DNA from: an uncultured Chloroflexia bacterium
Lineage (GTDB): Bacteria > Chloroflexota > Anaerolineae > CG2-30-64-16
Direction of reading: 5' to 3'
Assembly (NCBI GenBank): GCA_963774265.1
Contig: CAVZDU010000005.1
Location: 96,001-160,000, forward strand
DNA length: 64,000 bases
The notes below the pieces were generated by a model. It was not told where the DNA came from, did no database searches, and was given only the letters and a program-made list of their open reading frames with translations. Made by a program: the position numbers and the translations under genes. How positions within the stretch are numbered: position 1 is the first letter of the stretch; each line of letters begins with the position of its first letter. Of this stretch, positions 45,567-59,256 are shown in pieces.

Positions 45567-46835
45567 TCAGCGTCGCACGCGCGTTCCCTGCCCGGCCGCG
45601 CTGCTGATATCCAGTTGGGCGCCGATCAGTCCCGCACGTTCGTGCATGCCGCGAATACCCAGGCGGTCGTCATCATCCCCCGCGGCAGTCAACGTCTCGG
45701 CGCCGATGCCCTGGCCATCATCCTGCACCGTAAGCACCAGTGAACCCGGGCCTTCGACCAATTCGACCGTGATGGATCGTGCGCCGGCGTGGCGGACGAC
45801 GTTCTCCAATGTCTCCTGCGCGATGCGGTACACCCCCTGCTCGACGCCCAGCGCCAGGCAGCCCCCAACAGAAGCGGGCAAGCGCACCGTCAGTCGCGCA
45901 CCCGTCCGCTGCGCCGCGCTTTCAGCAAGCTCCTGCAGCGCGGGGAACAGGCCGAGGTCCTCTAGGGGGGAGGCGCGCAGCGCCTGCAGCGCGCGCCGCG
46001 CCTCGGCCAGGCCGGTGCGCGCGGTCTCATCGGCCTGGCCGAGGATGTGGTGGGCCTTGCCCGGGTGTTTCGCCCACAGCGCCTGCACCGCCTCCAATTG
46101 GACGGTGAGTGCGCTCAGGGAGTGGGCAAGTGTGTCGTGCAATTCGCGGGCCAGCCGGTTGCGTTCGCGGCTGATGGCCAGCTCCTCAAGGGTGGCGGCA
46201 TATTGCTTCAGCCGTTCGTTGGCCGCGGCCTGGCGTTGGTACGCCTCGGACAAGGCGGCTCGCTGGTTGGCCTGGACGGTCGCCAGTGTGGCTGTGACAT
46301 ATCCGGCCAGGAGCATCATCACCGCCTGGAGCACCTGGAAGCCCACCGGCACCGTCCACGGGACATTGGCCTTCGCTGGGGACACGAGCACCTGGTAGAG
46401 AGTGAGCGCGATGACGAAGAGATACAGGTAGCGATATTTGTATTCCCAGGCGACGAGAACGGCTGTGACGAAGAAGAACATCACAAAGGGCGATTGGAGC
46501 GGATTGTCCGCAGGCCACAGATAGTAACCAGCGAGAAGCGGGATCAGGCCCAGGCTAAGGGTCAACGGCACGAACCACCGGCCCAGGCGCTGTGCCTTTG
46601 GCCATATCAGGAGGGCCAGCAAAAGCACCTCGATCACGAGCAGCGGCGCAATGTTTGGCAACGAAAGGTTGCGAATCAGGCGTTCACCGGCCACGCGGTC
46701 GCCGGTCAACATGGGGTCGCCGGCGATCTCCAGAAGGATCAGGACCGGACCCAGCGCCAGCCAGAAGAGAATCCGGATCACCACGAAAAGACGGTAAGCT
46801 GGGATAAACCCGGGCTCCGGTGCGTTGTCTTCCAT
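45567..46835 (-). CDS. Membrane sensor histidine kinase (HisKA_3)
   Basis: ERNRLARELHDTLAH, QETLENVVRHA, DDGQG, GIRGMHERA. Confidence 0.93.
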   Translation of the reverse strand: MEDNAPEPGFIPAYRLFVVIRILFWLALGPVLILLEIAGDPMLTGDRVAGERLIRNLSLPNIAPLLVIEVLLLALLIWPKAQRLGRWFVPLTLSLGLIPLLAGYYLWPADNPLQSPFVMFFFVTAVLVAWEYKYRYLYLFVIALTLYQVLVSPAKANVPWTVPVGFQVLQAVMMLLAGYVTATLATVQANQRAALSEAYQRQAAANERLKQYAATLEELAISRERNRLARELHDTLAHSLSALTVQLEAVQALWAKHPGKAHHILGQADETARTGLAEARRALQALRASPLEDLGLFPALQELAESAAQRTGARLTVRLPASVGGCLALGVEQGVYRIAQETLENVVRHAGARSITVELVEGPGSLVLTVQDDGQGIGAETLTAAGDDDDRLGIRGMHERAGLIGAQLDISSAAGQGTRVRR

Positions 46836-46864
46836 GCAGCGAGTATAGCACGCTGCAAGACAAG

Positions 46865-46910
46865 TGTCATATGACATCTTCGTGACTGGTGACACTATGC
46901 TGCATGACAG
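46865..46910. promoter_or_regulatory. Putative response-regulator operator in the divergent intergenic region
   Basis: Palindrome tgtcatatgaca plus further TGAC(A/T) repeats. Confidence 0.45.
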
Positions 46911-46984
46911 GCCGGGGCATATACTGCCCATGGCGACGCTGAGGCGGCGCTATTTCGCGTTCGAAGCGTAGTAAGTAGGAATTT

Positions 46985-49384
46985 GTGTTGACGACACCGT
47001 GGGCGAAAGTACTGATCGACCTCTGGGAGCACCGTGTGCGGACATTGGTTGTGGCCCTGGCCATTGCAGTCGGTGTGTATGCAGTCGGTGTGGTGCTCAA
47101 CGCTCGTGAAATCCTGGTGCGCGAGTACCAGCAGGATCAGGCGAAGGCGCAGATGGCGTCCGCGGTCGTGTACACCAGCAGGCCTTTTGAGGATGATCTG
47201 GCCGAAAGTGCGGCCCGCTTGCCCCTGGTGGCGGCCGCGGAGGGGCGAAACTCCGCAACCGGTCGCGTCTCTCGCGCAGATGACTCACCCCAAGAGATCG
47301 TGCTGATGGCTGTCCCTGATTTCGAGAATATGAAGGTGGACACTATCGCGCCCCTGGCCGGCCAGTATCCGCCTGGGCGCCGGGAAGTGGTCGTCGAGGG
47401 CGCGTCGCTGGCGAGCCTGGGTGCAGGGATCGGCGATGAGATCACCGTGGAGATGAGCAACGATGCGGTCCGCACCCTACGAATCGTGGGGACGGTGCAC
47501 GATGCGCAACGGTTCAGCCCGATGCTGGCCGGCATCGCCACCGCCTATGTCACGCCTGACACGCTGGCAAGCCTCGGCTACAGCGCAATGAATACCGAAC
47601 TGCGGATTCGCGTGACCGAGCCGAGCCAGGACGAGGCCCACATCGTCGCCGCGCTGGACCAGGTGGAGACCCTCCTCGAAGACACCGGACGGACAGTCGC
47701 CGGCCGACAGATCAACACCGAAAGCGCGGCCGATCCCTTTATCGGCAGCGTGGTGTTGATCCTCACCGGGTTCGGCGTGGTGATCCTGCTGCTGTCCGGC
47801 TTCCTGGTTGTCAATGCCATGTCCGCGCTGATCACTCAGCAGGTGCCTCAGATCGGGGTGATGAAGTTGATCGGCGCGCGGCGCGGGCAGATCATGGCCC
47901 TGTATCTGACCACCGTGCTGATCTACGGCCTGTTGGCGGTGGTCCTCGCGCTGCCCTTGGCGGGGTTGACCGCGCGCTTGCTGATGAGCCAGCTTGTGGA
48001 ACCGCTGCTGAACGTGCGGGTAGAGAGTTATAGCATTGGCTTGCCGTTCCTTCTTGCACAGGCCGCCGTGGGACTCCTTCTGCCGCTCGCAGCCGGTCTG
48101 GCGCCGGTGATCCGCGGCACACGGGTCACGACCCACCAGGCGCTGAACGATGTCGGCATGGGTGGCGGCGCCTCTGGCCGCGGCTTCACGGAGCGGCTGC
48201 TGGCGCGGGTGCAACAGATTCGCCGCATCGAACGGCCCGTGCTTCTGGCGATCCGCAATACGCTGCGTCACAAGGGCCGGTTAGCCCAGACGTTGGTCGT
48301 GCTGGTGTTCGGCACTGCGCTCTTTGTCTCCGTGTTCAGCGTGCGGGCCTCGGTGGATGCAACGCTGGATGCCTTCATGCGCTTCCATCGCTACGACGTG
48401 TCAGTGGTCATGGAGCAGGGGGAGCTGATCACGCGGCTCGAGGCGGCTGCACGCGAGGTCCCGCACGTGGATGCCGTCGAGGTGTGGTCGAGCGGCGGTG
48501 CGACCCGCGTGCGCGCCGATGACACCGAGAGCAACCCGTTCCGCGTGGTCGCGGTACCCCCCGAGACGTCGTTCATGGATCCGGAGCTGATCTCGGGGCA
48601 ATGGCTGCCGGCGGCCGGAAGCATCCCCAATGCGGTCGTTGTCAACTCAGACCTGGTGGATGACGAGCGAGGGGTGGACGTGGGCCGCGAGATCGTGCTC
48701 GACGTCGATGGCCGCGAATCCACCTGGCGGGTGGTCGGCATTGTGAGCACCGAGTCGCGTGGGGCGGCAGTCTATGTGCATCGTGACGACTATGCGTACG
48801 CGGTCCGGCTGGCCGGCCAGGGCAATCGGGTGCAGGTGCGCATCGCCCAGGGCGCGCACGTGACGCAGGACGAGATGGCCGTGCAACTGCGCGAACATCT
48901 CGACGCGGTTGGACTGAAGGTCAGCGAAACGCAAACGGCGGAGGTGACGCAAACGGAGAACAACCTGCTGTTCACGATTGTTGTCGCCTTCCTCATCCTG
49001 ATGGCCCTGCTGTTGGCCGCGGTGGGCGGGCTGGGTCTGAGCACGACCATGAGCATCAACATGATGGAGCGGGTGCGCGAGGTGGGGGTGTTGCGGGCCA
49101 TCGGCGCGTCGAATGCATCTGTCCGCGGCATCGTCCTGGCTGAGGGCATCGCCATGTCGGTGATCAGTTGGGTGGCGGGTGTGTTCCTGTCGCTGCTGCT
49201 CGCGCCCGTCTTCAGCGATCAACTGGGGCTCGCGCTGATCAAGATCCCGTTGCAGTATCACTATTCGGCCTTAGGCGCCGTGATCTGGTTCTTTGTCCTA
49301 TCGGGCATTGCCGCAGTCGCCAGCCTGGCGCCGGCCCGCAATGCCGTCCGCCTGACAGTGCGGGAAGTGTTGGCATATGAGTGA
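46985..49384 (+). CDS. FtsX/MacB-like ABC permease (duplicated)
   Basis: [10 protein letters not shown] and [11 protein letters not shown] motifs; two extracytoplasmic loops. Confidence 0.92.
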   Translation: MLTTPWAKVLIDLWEHRVRTLVVALAIAVGVYAVGVVLNAREILVREYQQDQAKAQMASAVVYTSRPFEDDLAESAARLPLVAAAEGRNSATGRVSRADDSPQEIVLMAVPDFENMKVDTIAPLAGQYPPGRREVVVEGASLASLGAGIGDEITVEMSNDAVRTLRIVGTVHDAQRFSPMLAGIATAYVTPDTLASLGYSAMNTELRIRVTEPSQDEAHIVAALDQVETLLEDTGRTVAGRQINTESAADPFIGSVVLILTGFGVVILLLSGFLVVNAMSALITQQVPQIGVMKLIGARRGQIMALYLTTVLIYGLLAVVLALPLAGLTARLLMSQLVEPLLNVRVESYSIGLPFLLAQAAVGLLLPLAAGLAPVIRGTRVTTHQALNDVGMGGGASGRGFTERLLARVQQIRRIERPVLLAIRNTLRHKGRLAQTLVVLVFGTALFVSVFSVRASVDATLDAFMRFHRYDVSVVMEQGELITRLEAAAREVPHVDAVEVWSSGGATRVRADDTESNPFRVVAVPPETSFMDPELISGQWLPAAGSIPNAVVVNSDLVDDERGVDVGREIVLDVDGRESTWRVVGIVSTESRGAAVYVHRDDYAYAVRLAGQGNRVQVRIAQGAHVTQDEMAVQLREHLDAVGLKVSETQTAEVTQTENNLLFTIVVAFLILMALLLAAVGGLGLSTTMSINMMERVREVGVLRAIGASNASVRGIVLAEGIAMSVISWVAGVFLSLLLAPVFSDQLGLALIKIPLQYHYSALGAVIWFFVLSGIAAVASLAPARNAVRLTVREVLAYE

Positions 49385-50080
49385 GAATGGTGCATTGATC
49401 CGACTGAAGGACGTCCGCAAGGCATACAAGACGCCCGCGGGTGATTTCCACGCGTTGAAGGGCATCGATCTGGCCGTTCAGCCCGGCGAGTTTCTCGCGG
49501 TGGTGGGCAAGTCGGGCGCGGGAAAGTCGACCTTGATCAACATGTTGACCGGCATCGACCGTCCGACCGCGGGTGAGATCTGGGTGGGCAAGACGCGATC
49601 CAGAACATGAGCGAGGACCAGATTGCCGCCTGGCGCGGTCGTAACGTGGGCGTGGTGTTCCAGTTCTTCCAGCTGCTGCCCATGCTGACCTGCGCCCAGA
49701 ACGTGATGATGCCGATGGACTTCGCGGGGCTGTACGGAGGACCGCGGGAACGTCGCGAGCGCGCCCTGCACCTGCTCGAACGCGTCGGCATCGCCGAGCA
49801 TGCCGATAAGCTGCCATCGGCCGTGTCCGGCGGGCAGCGGCAGCGTGTGGCGATCGCCCGTGCGCTGGCCAACGATCCGATGCTGCTGGCCGCGGACGAG
49901 CCGACCGGCAACCTGGATTCCAGGACGACCAGCGAAATGTTCGACTTGTTTGGCTCCCTGGTTGATGAGGGCAAGACGATCCTGCTGGTGACGCACGACC
50001 GTGATCTGGCTGGCCACGCGACGCGCCGGGTACACATCGCGGATGGCCGGATTGTGGCGAGCGCGGTGCATCATGATTGA
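49377..50080 (+). CDS. ABC ATP-binding protein 1 (frameshift near 49600)
   Basis: [26 protein letters not shown]. Confidence 0.9.
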
Positions 50081-50781
50081 TAGCTCCGTATTACCCATGA
50101 TCGATCTGCGCGGGCTGACCAAGATCTACCAGACGCCGGTCGGGCCGTTTTCCGCGCTTCGTGGCATTGACCTGCAGATCCAGCCAGGCGAGTTTATCGC
50201 AGTGGTCGGCAAGTCGGGCAGCGGGAAATCGACGCTGATCAACATGTTCACGGGAATCGATCATCCGACCGATGGGGAGATCATCGTGGCCGGGACGCGC
50301 GTGCGCGAGCTGAACGAAGGCCAGATGGCCGCAGTGGCGCGGGCGGACGATGGGCATCGTGTTCCAGTTTTTTCAGCTGCTGCCCACGCTGACGCTGGTC
50401 GAGAACGTCATGCTGCCCATGGATCTGTGCGAGGCTCTACGCGCCCGGCGAGCGCTATGACCGCGCTTACCATCTGCTGGAGCAGGTGGGACTGGCCGAC
50501 GACGCGGCACAAGTTCCCCGCAGGCGTGTCCGGCGGGCAGCAGCAGCGGGCGGCGATTGCCCGTGCGCTGGCCAACGATCCGGCCATCATCGTGGCCGAC
50601 GAGCCGACCGGCAACCTGGACTCGCGAGCCGCCGAAGCGATCTTCGCGCTGTTTGAGGCGTCGGCGGCCGCCGGCAAGACGATCGTCATGGTGACGCATG
50701 ACGACGAACTGGCCGAGCGGGCTGCCGCGTACGGTGATCCTGGCCGACGGGCTGATTGTCGATGAGATTGTTAGAGCATAG
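50073..50781 (+). CDS. ABC ATP-binding protein 2 (several indels)
   Basis: [26 protein letters not shown]. Confidence 0.88.
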
Positions 50782-50805
50782 TGGAGACCTTGCATGCAGA
50801 TGACT

Positions 50806-50833
50806 GTAGAGACGTAGCTTGCTACGTCTCTAC
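50806..50833. repeat. GTAG-type REP palindrome
   Basis: gtagagacgtagc-tt-gctacgtctctac; a degenerate half copy lies at 50781. Confidence 0.7.
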
Positions 50834-50860
50834 CAGCGGGGGGGGATGATAGGAGTTCAG

Positions 50861-52180
50861 ATGAAGAAGCATCGCAAGATGATTGTTGCCTTGATCGGCC
50901 TGCTCGTGATCGCCGGCCTTGTGATCGGTGGGGTGGTGGTGTTTGCGCAGGAACGCGCCGGGACTCAGACTCCAACGGCTGAGGTGATGCCCACGGTCGA
51001 ATCCCCGAAGTCCGAGGATCGAGCTGTGATCGCCAAAGGCATCGTCGTGCCGGCCGAGCGCGCGACGCTGAGCATGGCAGCCAGTGGGATTGTGGCCGAG
51101 GTCCTGGTCAAGGAAGGGCAGCCGGTGGTGGCGGGCGATGTTATCCTGCGGTTGCGTGATGAGCGGCAGCGGGCCGCGCTGGCAGAGGCTGACGCGGCGG
51201 TGCTCGCCGCGCAGGCGCAACTTGCCATTGTTCAGGCCGGTGCGCGCAGCGAGGAGATCGCGGCGGCGCAGGCCGGTCTGGACGTCATGCAGGCGCGGGT
51301 GGCTCGGCTCGAAGAAGGCAGCCGTGACGGCGATGTGGCTGCGGCGCGGGCGAACGTGCAGGCCAGCCAGGCCGCGCTCCAGCGGTTGTATCAGGGAGCG
51401 GACGAGAACACCCGCACCGCAGCTGCGGCGGACCTGGCGAACGCAGAAGCTGTGCTGCGGAGCGCGCAGTCAGCTTACGACAAGATCAAGGAGCGGAGCG
51501 ACGTCGCGATGATGCCGCAGAGCCTGCAACTCGAACAGGCGACGAACGCCTACAAGGCCGCCCAGGCGCGCTATGCTGAGGTGGTGGCCCCGCCGAGGGC
51601 GGATCAGGTGGCGCAGGTGACCGCAGCTATCAAGGCCGCCCAGGCTGATTTCGGTCGCCTGGTGGACCCGGTGACGGACGCGGATCTGGCTGAGGCCCAG
51701 GCTGCGGTGCGGCAGGTCGCGGCGCAGCTCGAGCTGCTGCAGGCCGGCGCTCGTCAGCAAGAGATCGCATCAGCCGAGGCTGCAGTGGCCCAGGCTGAAG
51801 CCGCGCGCCAGCAGGCCGCAGCCGCACTCGGCGACACCGAGTTGGCTGCACCGTTCGATGGGCTGCTGGCCGTTCTGCACGTGCGGTCCGGGGAGCAGGT
51901 GGTCCAGGGTGCTCCGGTCGCTGAGATCGGTGACGTGAGCAATTGGCTTGTGGAGACGGATGACCTGAGCGAGCTCGATGTGGTGCGAGTGCAACCCGGG
52001 CAGGAAGTGCAATTGACCTTCGACGCGATCGCAGGCCTGGAATTGCGCGGCACTGTCGAGCGTATTCAGCCGAAGGGCGAGAAGAAGCTCGGGGACATGA
52101 CGTATATGGCGGTGGTGCGGGTGCAGGAGCCGGACACGCGGCTGTTGTGGAATATGACCGCGGTTGTCGAGCTGCCGTAG
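50861..52180 (+). CDS. HlyD/membrane-fusion adaptor protein
   Basis: N-terminal TM, GIVAEVLVKEGQPV lipoyl half, long coiled coil, LAAPFDG. Confidence 0.9.
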   Translation: MKKHRKMIVALIGLLVIAGLVIGGVVVFAQERAGTQTPTAEVMPTVESPKSEDRAVIAKGIVVPAERATLSMAASGIVAEVLVKEGQPVVAGDVILRLRDERQRAALAEADAAVLAAQAQLAIVQAGARSEEIAAAQAGLDVMQARVARLEEGSRDGDVAAARANVQASQAALQRLYQGADENTRTAAAADLANAEAVLRSAQSAYDKIKERSDVAMMPQSLQLEQATNAYKAAQARYAEVVAPPRADQVAQVTAAIKAAQADFGRLVDPVTDADLAEAQAAVRQVAAQLELLQAGARQQEIASAEAAVAQAEAARQQAAAALGDTELAAPFDGLLAVLHVRSGEQVVQGAPVAEIGDVSNWLVETDDLSELDVVRVQPGQEVQLTFDAIAGLELRGTVERIQPKGEKKLGDMTYMAVVRVQEPDTRLLWNMTAVVELP

Positions 52181-52203
52181 AGAATGTAAAAAGTGAACGC
52201 AAG

Positions 52204-52243
52204 GACCTCCGAGGTTTCGCAGACCTCGGAGGTCTGGTTTTTT
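52204..52243 (+). terminator. REP-like hairpin acting as terminator of the ABC operon
   Basis: gacctccgaggt/acctcggaggtc stem followed by tggtttttt. Confidence 0.65.
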
Positions 52244-52354
52244 GTGCTCTCTGCGTTCTTTGCGGTTAACTCGTCCGGTGCAGTTGTCACCCGGCCCAAG
52301 ACGGTGTTATCATGCGGCCAGCACTAACTTTCACATCCTCCGGGAGGCACAGCC

Positions 52355-53431
52355 GTGCAAATCGATATCCATACACTCAAACCGGGCGAGCAAAAACCAT
52401 TCCCCCAACAGTTGGGGTTTGGCCGCTACTTCGCCGACCGCATGTTCAGCCAGCGTTATACGCTCGCCAAGGGCTGGCATGATGCCTGCATTGGGCCGTA
52501 CGAGCCGTTGGTCATGGACCCTGCCGCGGTCGTCTTTCACTACGGCCAGGAGATTTTCGAAGGCCTGAAGGCTTACCGCCGATCCGACGGGCGGATCAAT
52601 CTGTTCAGGCCTTGGGAGAACACGGCGCGTTTCAACCGGTCGGCCCAACGGATGGCGATGGCGCTGGTTGATCCTGAAGATCATGTCGAGGCGATCGCGG
52701 CTTTGGTGAGCGTCGTGCATGAGGCCGTTCCTTCGCAGCCCGACTCGTCACTCTATATCCGCCCAACCTTGATCGCTACGGATGTGGGCCTGGGCGTCCA
52801 TGCAAGCAAGAGCTATCTGCACTTCATCATTGTCGGTCCGGTGGGCCCCTACTTCGCCACGGGCTTCAATCCCGTGGCGGTTTACGTATCCCGCGACAAG
52901 GTGCGCGCAGTGCGCGGGGGCACCGGCGAGGCCAAGACGGGCGGCAACTATGCTGCGAGTCTCTACGTGGCGGAGGAAGTGCAAAAGCTCGGCTTCCAGC
53001 AGGTGCTGTGGCTCGATGCGGTGGAGCGGCGGTACGTGGAAGAAGTCGGCGCGATGAATATTGCGTTTGTCTATGACGGCAAGCGCATCGTGACGCCCGC
53101 GTTATCCGGCAGCATCTTGCCCGGCATCACGCGCGATTCAGTGCTGCGCCTGGCGCCTGACCTGGGCTACGAAGTGTGCGAAGATCGCCTGGACGTGAAC
53201 CAGGTGCTGAGCGACATTCGCGCGGGGCGGGTGACTGAGGCGTTCGGCATCGGGACCGCGGCGGTGATCGCGCCGGTCGGTCGGCTGGGGGACGAGAACC
53301 AGGTGGAGACGATCAACAATAACGAGTCCGGCCCGGTGGCGCGGCATCTGTACGAGGCGCTGACGGATATCCAGTACGGCCGCGCAGCCGACCCGTATGG
53401 GTGGACGTACGCGGTGAAGCCCCGGGCATAG
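52355..53431 (+). CDS. ilvE: Branched-chain amino acid aminotransferase
   Basis: HYGQEIFEGLKAY, LYIRP, AKTGGNYAAS, EEVGAMN, ILPGITRDS. Confidence 0.95.
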   Translation: MQIDIHTLKPGEQKPFPQQLGFGRYFADRMFSQRYTLAKGWHDACIGPYEPLVMDPAAVVFHYGQEIFEGLKAYRRSDGRINLFRPWENTARFNRSAQRMAMALVDPEDHVEAIAALVSVVHEAVPSQPDSSLYIRPTLIATDVGLGVHASKSYLHFIIVGPVGPYFATGFNPVAVYVSRDKVRAVRGGTGEAKTGGNYAASLYVAEEVQKLGFQQVLWLDAVERRYVEEVGAMNIAFVYDGKRIVTPALSGSILPGITRDSVLRLAPDLGYEVCEDRLDVNQVLSDIRAGRVTEAFGIGTAAVIAPVGRLGDENQVETINNNESGPVARHLYEALTDIQYGRAADPYGWTYAVKPRA

Positions 53432-53464
53432 CCCCATCACCTTCGGGTCGCCAGGCCCAACACC

Positions 53465-53497
53465 AGACCCTAAGGGTTCCCGAAGCCCTTAGGGTCT
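53465..53497. terminator. REP-like hairpin between convergent ilvE and clpB
   Basis: agaccctaaggg/cccttagggtct. Confidence 0.6.
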
Positions 53498-53504
53498 TCG
53501 CATA

Positions 53505-56117
<2,613 letters not shown>

Positions 56118-56316
56118 GCTCAATCCTCCGTCCTTTTCTCGGTTACGAATCTATTGTATTTGAGGTGCGTTAGCGGGGTATTGGTGGGGTGTTAGTGAAG
56201 TGTGAGAGGGTGCTGGGGCACGTGTGCCCGAACGATGGCGCGTGAAATATCACAGCAAGAGGCGATGTGCCGCGGCCTGCCACCATGCGGGCGACTGGTA
56301 TCCAAGGATAGCCTCC

Positions 56317-56769
56317 TCAACTTCCCGGCAAGACCTGCTGGATGAACTCCCCGGGGAGCAGAATTCGCAGCGGCCGCACGGCCTCGCGCACCGTGTCGTT
56401 GGCCAGGTGCTTGCGATCAAGGGTGATCAGCAATTCAACCTGACTCGCCGTCGCGGCTGCAAGGACATGCGCGTCTTTTGGCGCCACGATCCCCTCCGCC
56501 GCACGTTCCTGTTCCTCTTCAACCTCGGGTAGTATCTCGACGGGGACCGAAGCCAAGGAGTCGTAGAAACGCACGAGCGCCGCCTGGGGGAGCTTATGCC
56601 GTATGTTGGTCTGCGCCTCCATCAGGACGCGCTGCGTGCACACGGCAGCGTACTGTTTGCCACGGCAGATGTCAAGAACGAGGGACGAGCCTCCGGAGGG
56701 CGAAGCGCTGGCAGCCACCCATACCGACGCGTCGATGAAAACGCGCTGTTTCGCCGGTTGACCCGTCAT
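56317..56769 (-). CDS. PIN-domain (VapC-like) toxin
   Basis: VFIDASVWVAA...E...KDAHVLAAA...LITLDRKHL. Confidence 0.88.
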   Translation of the reverse strand: MTGQPAKQRVFIDASVWVAASASPSGGSSLVLDICRGKQYAAVCTQRVLMEAQTNIRHKLPQAALVRFYDSLASVPVEILPEVEEEQERAAEGIVAPKDAHVLAAATASQVELLITLDRKHLANDTVREAVRPLRILLPGEFIQQVLPGS

Positions 56770-57035
56770 AGCTGACCAGATGCCAGCAGCCGGCGCACGG
56801 CGTTGGCGGTTTCATCGCTGATCTTATCGTCGTCCAGGAACTGCTGGATTTCGGCCTCCGTGTACTCCCGCAGCGATTGCGTGGTAGCAGGGACCAGGCG
56901 GATCTCGATCTTATCGCCCACGAGCTGCATCTCAAGCAGGGAGCCTTCTTTCAGCCCTAGCTTACGCCTGAAATCGGTTGGCAGCGTGATCTGGCCACGC
57001 GCCGGCAATTGCACAATCCGTGCCGAAGGCTGCAT
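56766..57035 (-). CDS. AbrB/MazE-family antitoxin
   Basis: RGQITLPTDFRRKLGLKEG; 4-bp overlap with the PIN gene. Confidence 0.88.
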   Translation of the reverse strand: MQPSARIVQLPARGQITLPTDFRRKLGLKEGSLLEMQLVGDKIEIRLVPATTQSLREYTEAEIQQFLDDDKISDETANAVRRLLASGQL

Positions 57036-57124
57036 GTCGTCCTCCCGTTCAATATATCCAAATATCAAGATATCATATTTTCAAGCAAACGTCAATACTG
57101 CCGCATCGAGAGACTGCTGGCAGG

Positions 57125-57394
57125 CTACTTCTCGAGCATATGCGCCAACGCCTGTACGCCCGCGTTCGTCAACACATACGTCGCCGCGGGGAATTTGAGG
57201 TTGCTCTGGATCAGGCCGAGGGTAACGAGGGATTCAACGAGGCCGCGCTCGACGGTTTCCGGTTCGCCAGCAAGGGGATAGAGCCGGTGGGTCTTCTCGC
57301 CGTCCAGCGTGCGATGGACCTTGAGCGTCGCGCCGTCACGAATGGCGCGGAGGATGTGGCGTTGGGGGGGAGCCAGGCGCATGGTTGGTGGCAA
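57125..57394 (-). CDS. Hypothetical protein (winged-helix-like)
   Basis: Compact ORF in an apparent operon. Confidence 0.55.
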   Translation of the reverse strand: MPPTMRLAPPQRHILRAIRDGATLKVHRTLDGEKTHRLYPLAGEPETVERGLVESLVTLGLIQSNLKFPAATYVLTNAGVQALAHMLEK

Positions 57395-57403
57395 CGTGTG
57401 TCG

Positions 57404-57610
57404 TTAACCCAGGTCTTTTGCATACTGCTGCAACTGGCGCTGGTTGATCTTCTGGAATTCGTCCGGCAGAATCTCGGCCATCTCCGCCTCGCTCAGGCGA
57501 ATGCGCAGGATGTTCAGCGCATCCTCGGGCGACTGGCCGTAGGCCAGCTTCTTCTTGCCGTTCTTCAGATCGAACAGGTACATGTAGTGAGGATTGGAGA
57601 AGCTGCTCAT
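57404..57610 (-). CDS. Small hypothetical protein
   Basis: 68-aa ORF with GC3-biased codons. Confidence 0.6.
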   Translation of the reverse strand: MSSFSNPHYMYLFDLKNGKKKLAYGQSPEDALNILRIRLSEAEMAEILPDEFQKINQRQLQQYAKDLG

Positions 57611-57629
57611 GCTTGTGCCCTGATTTGCT

Positions 57630-59042
57630 TTAGGCTTTCGTTACGCGCGTACAGGCCTGAGTAGCCGCGGCCGCTGCTCTTCCGGCGCTCAGGCCCCGGT
57701 TGACCTCGTCATCGTACTTGCCGGCCAGCAGCTCGCGGTAGAAGGCGTAGTCGACGCCCTTCGACCTTTTCGTCGTCGGGGAAGCGGTGGTAGTTGTCCT
57801 TCGACATCAGGCTCTTGCCTTCGGCGATGAGCTGGAAGCCCAGCGCCGAGCCGGGGTAGGGCGCGTAGTAGGAGATGGACGGGAAGACGCGCTTCATCCG
57901 CTTGAGCATGCGCATGGTCTTGAAGGCGTCCTCGGGCGTCTCGCCGGGGATGCCGAGCATGATGTTGGACCAGAACTTCGGCGGCTGCTTGCCCTGCGCC
58001 TGCCATGTCGTCGCCGATGCGGTTCACCAGGTCGATGGCGAAGTAGTTGTCTTCCTCGGTGCATTCCTTGTTGAGCAGCCGGAGGATGCGGTCGCTGCCC
58101 GACTCGAAGCCGATGGAGATCAGGTTCCAGTTGGTCTCTCGCACGCAGCGCCTCGAACAGGTCGGGCCATTGGCGCACGGTGTCGGCGCGGCCGGCCGCC
58201 CAGTAGGGCCAGCGCTTGTTGGCCTTGCGCGGGTACTTCTCGATCCATTCCTTCAGCCAGCTCGGGTTCTGGAAGAACATCGAGTCGTGGATGACCACCG
58301 AGCCGACGCCGTAGTTGTCGTCCAGGTAGTTCAGCTCGTCGATGACCTGGTCCACCGGCTTGCGGCCCATGTTGGGGATGTAGGAGTTCTCGTTGCAGAA
58401 GACGCACTGCCACGGGCAGACGCGGCTGGTGAGGATGGTCGCCACCGGCCCCGGCCCCCAGCCGCACTCCGGCTCCAGCGGCCAGTTGAACTGTCGCGCG
58501 CAGTCTGCCGGCTCGCCGGCTTGGGCCACAGCGTGCGGTCGATCATCGGCCACTCGGCCATCGACTTGGCGCTCTCGCCCTGGAAGAGGCGCGGGAACGC
58601 CGCCGGGTCCTTGCACCAGGTCGACGATCACCTTCTCGCCCGGCCCCTGGCAGATGTGGTCGAACTCGGGCGACCGCCAGCATCTCGTCCGGCGCGACGG
58701 TGGCGTGCATGCCGCCGGCCAGCACCATGCCCTTGCGGGTTGACCTCCTTGAAGAGCTGCGCAGCCTTGCGGCCCGACGGGAAGGTATAGCTGCGCACGT
58801 TCATGAGCGCCATGTCGTAGCCGGCGAGCTGCTTGCGCGAGCTGATCCCAGGAGGTCACTGCGCGCGTCGAGACGAGGTCGGTCTCGATGCCGTTCTGAT
58901 GCAGGATGGTGCGCAGCAGGCCCAGCCCGTGATCCTGCCACTGCTCGTGCGGCCCGTCGGGGTGCACCAGGTCGCCCAGGTCGCCCAGGTCAATCCACAC
59001 GATCTTCGCCTTCTGCTTCGTCCACGGCCAGGAATATGCCAT
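57630..59042 (-). CDS. B12-binding-domain radical SAM protein (many indels; 3' end approximate)
   Basis: GGMHAT, TSRVCPWQCVFC, IGFESGSDRIL, MLGIPGET spread over several frames. Confidence 0.85.
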
Positions 59043-59256
59043 GCTTAAGCTCGTCCTGTGAATTATTAGATTGAATTTGAGAGATATTATAGCCGAGAAG
59101 CCGCTGAACGCCAACTAGGGCAGGGTGTTGCACTGTTGCGGCAGTGTCGGTACGTAGGCTGCCACGTCTCTGCGTGTCCACACTTGTCCATTGTGGCGGG
59201 CCTGCGCTATGATTCCGTGCATCCCACCTGCACACCGCGAATGGAGGAAGCGTGCG

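Noticed and set aside
56160-56230. CIRCE element upstream of clpB
   Set aside because: Only partial TTAGC/GTGCT-like words are present, with no TTAGCACTC-N9-GAGTGCTAA match.
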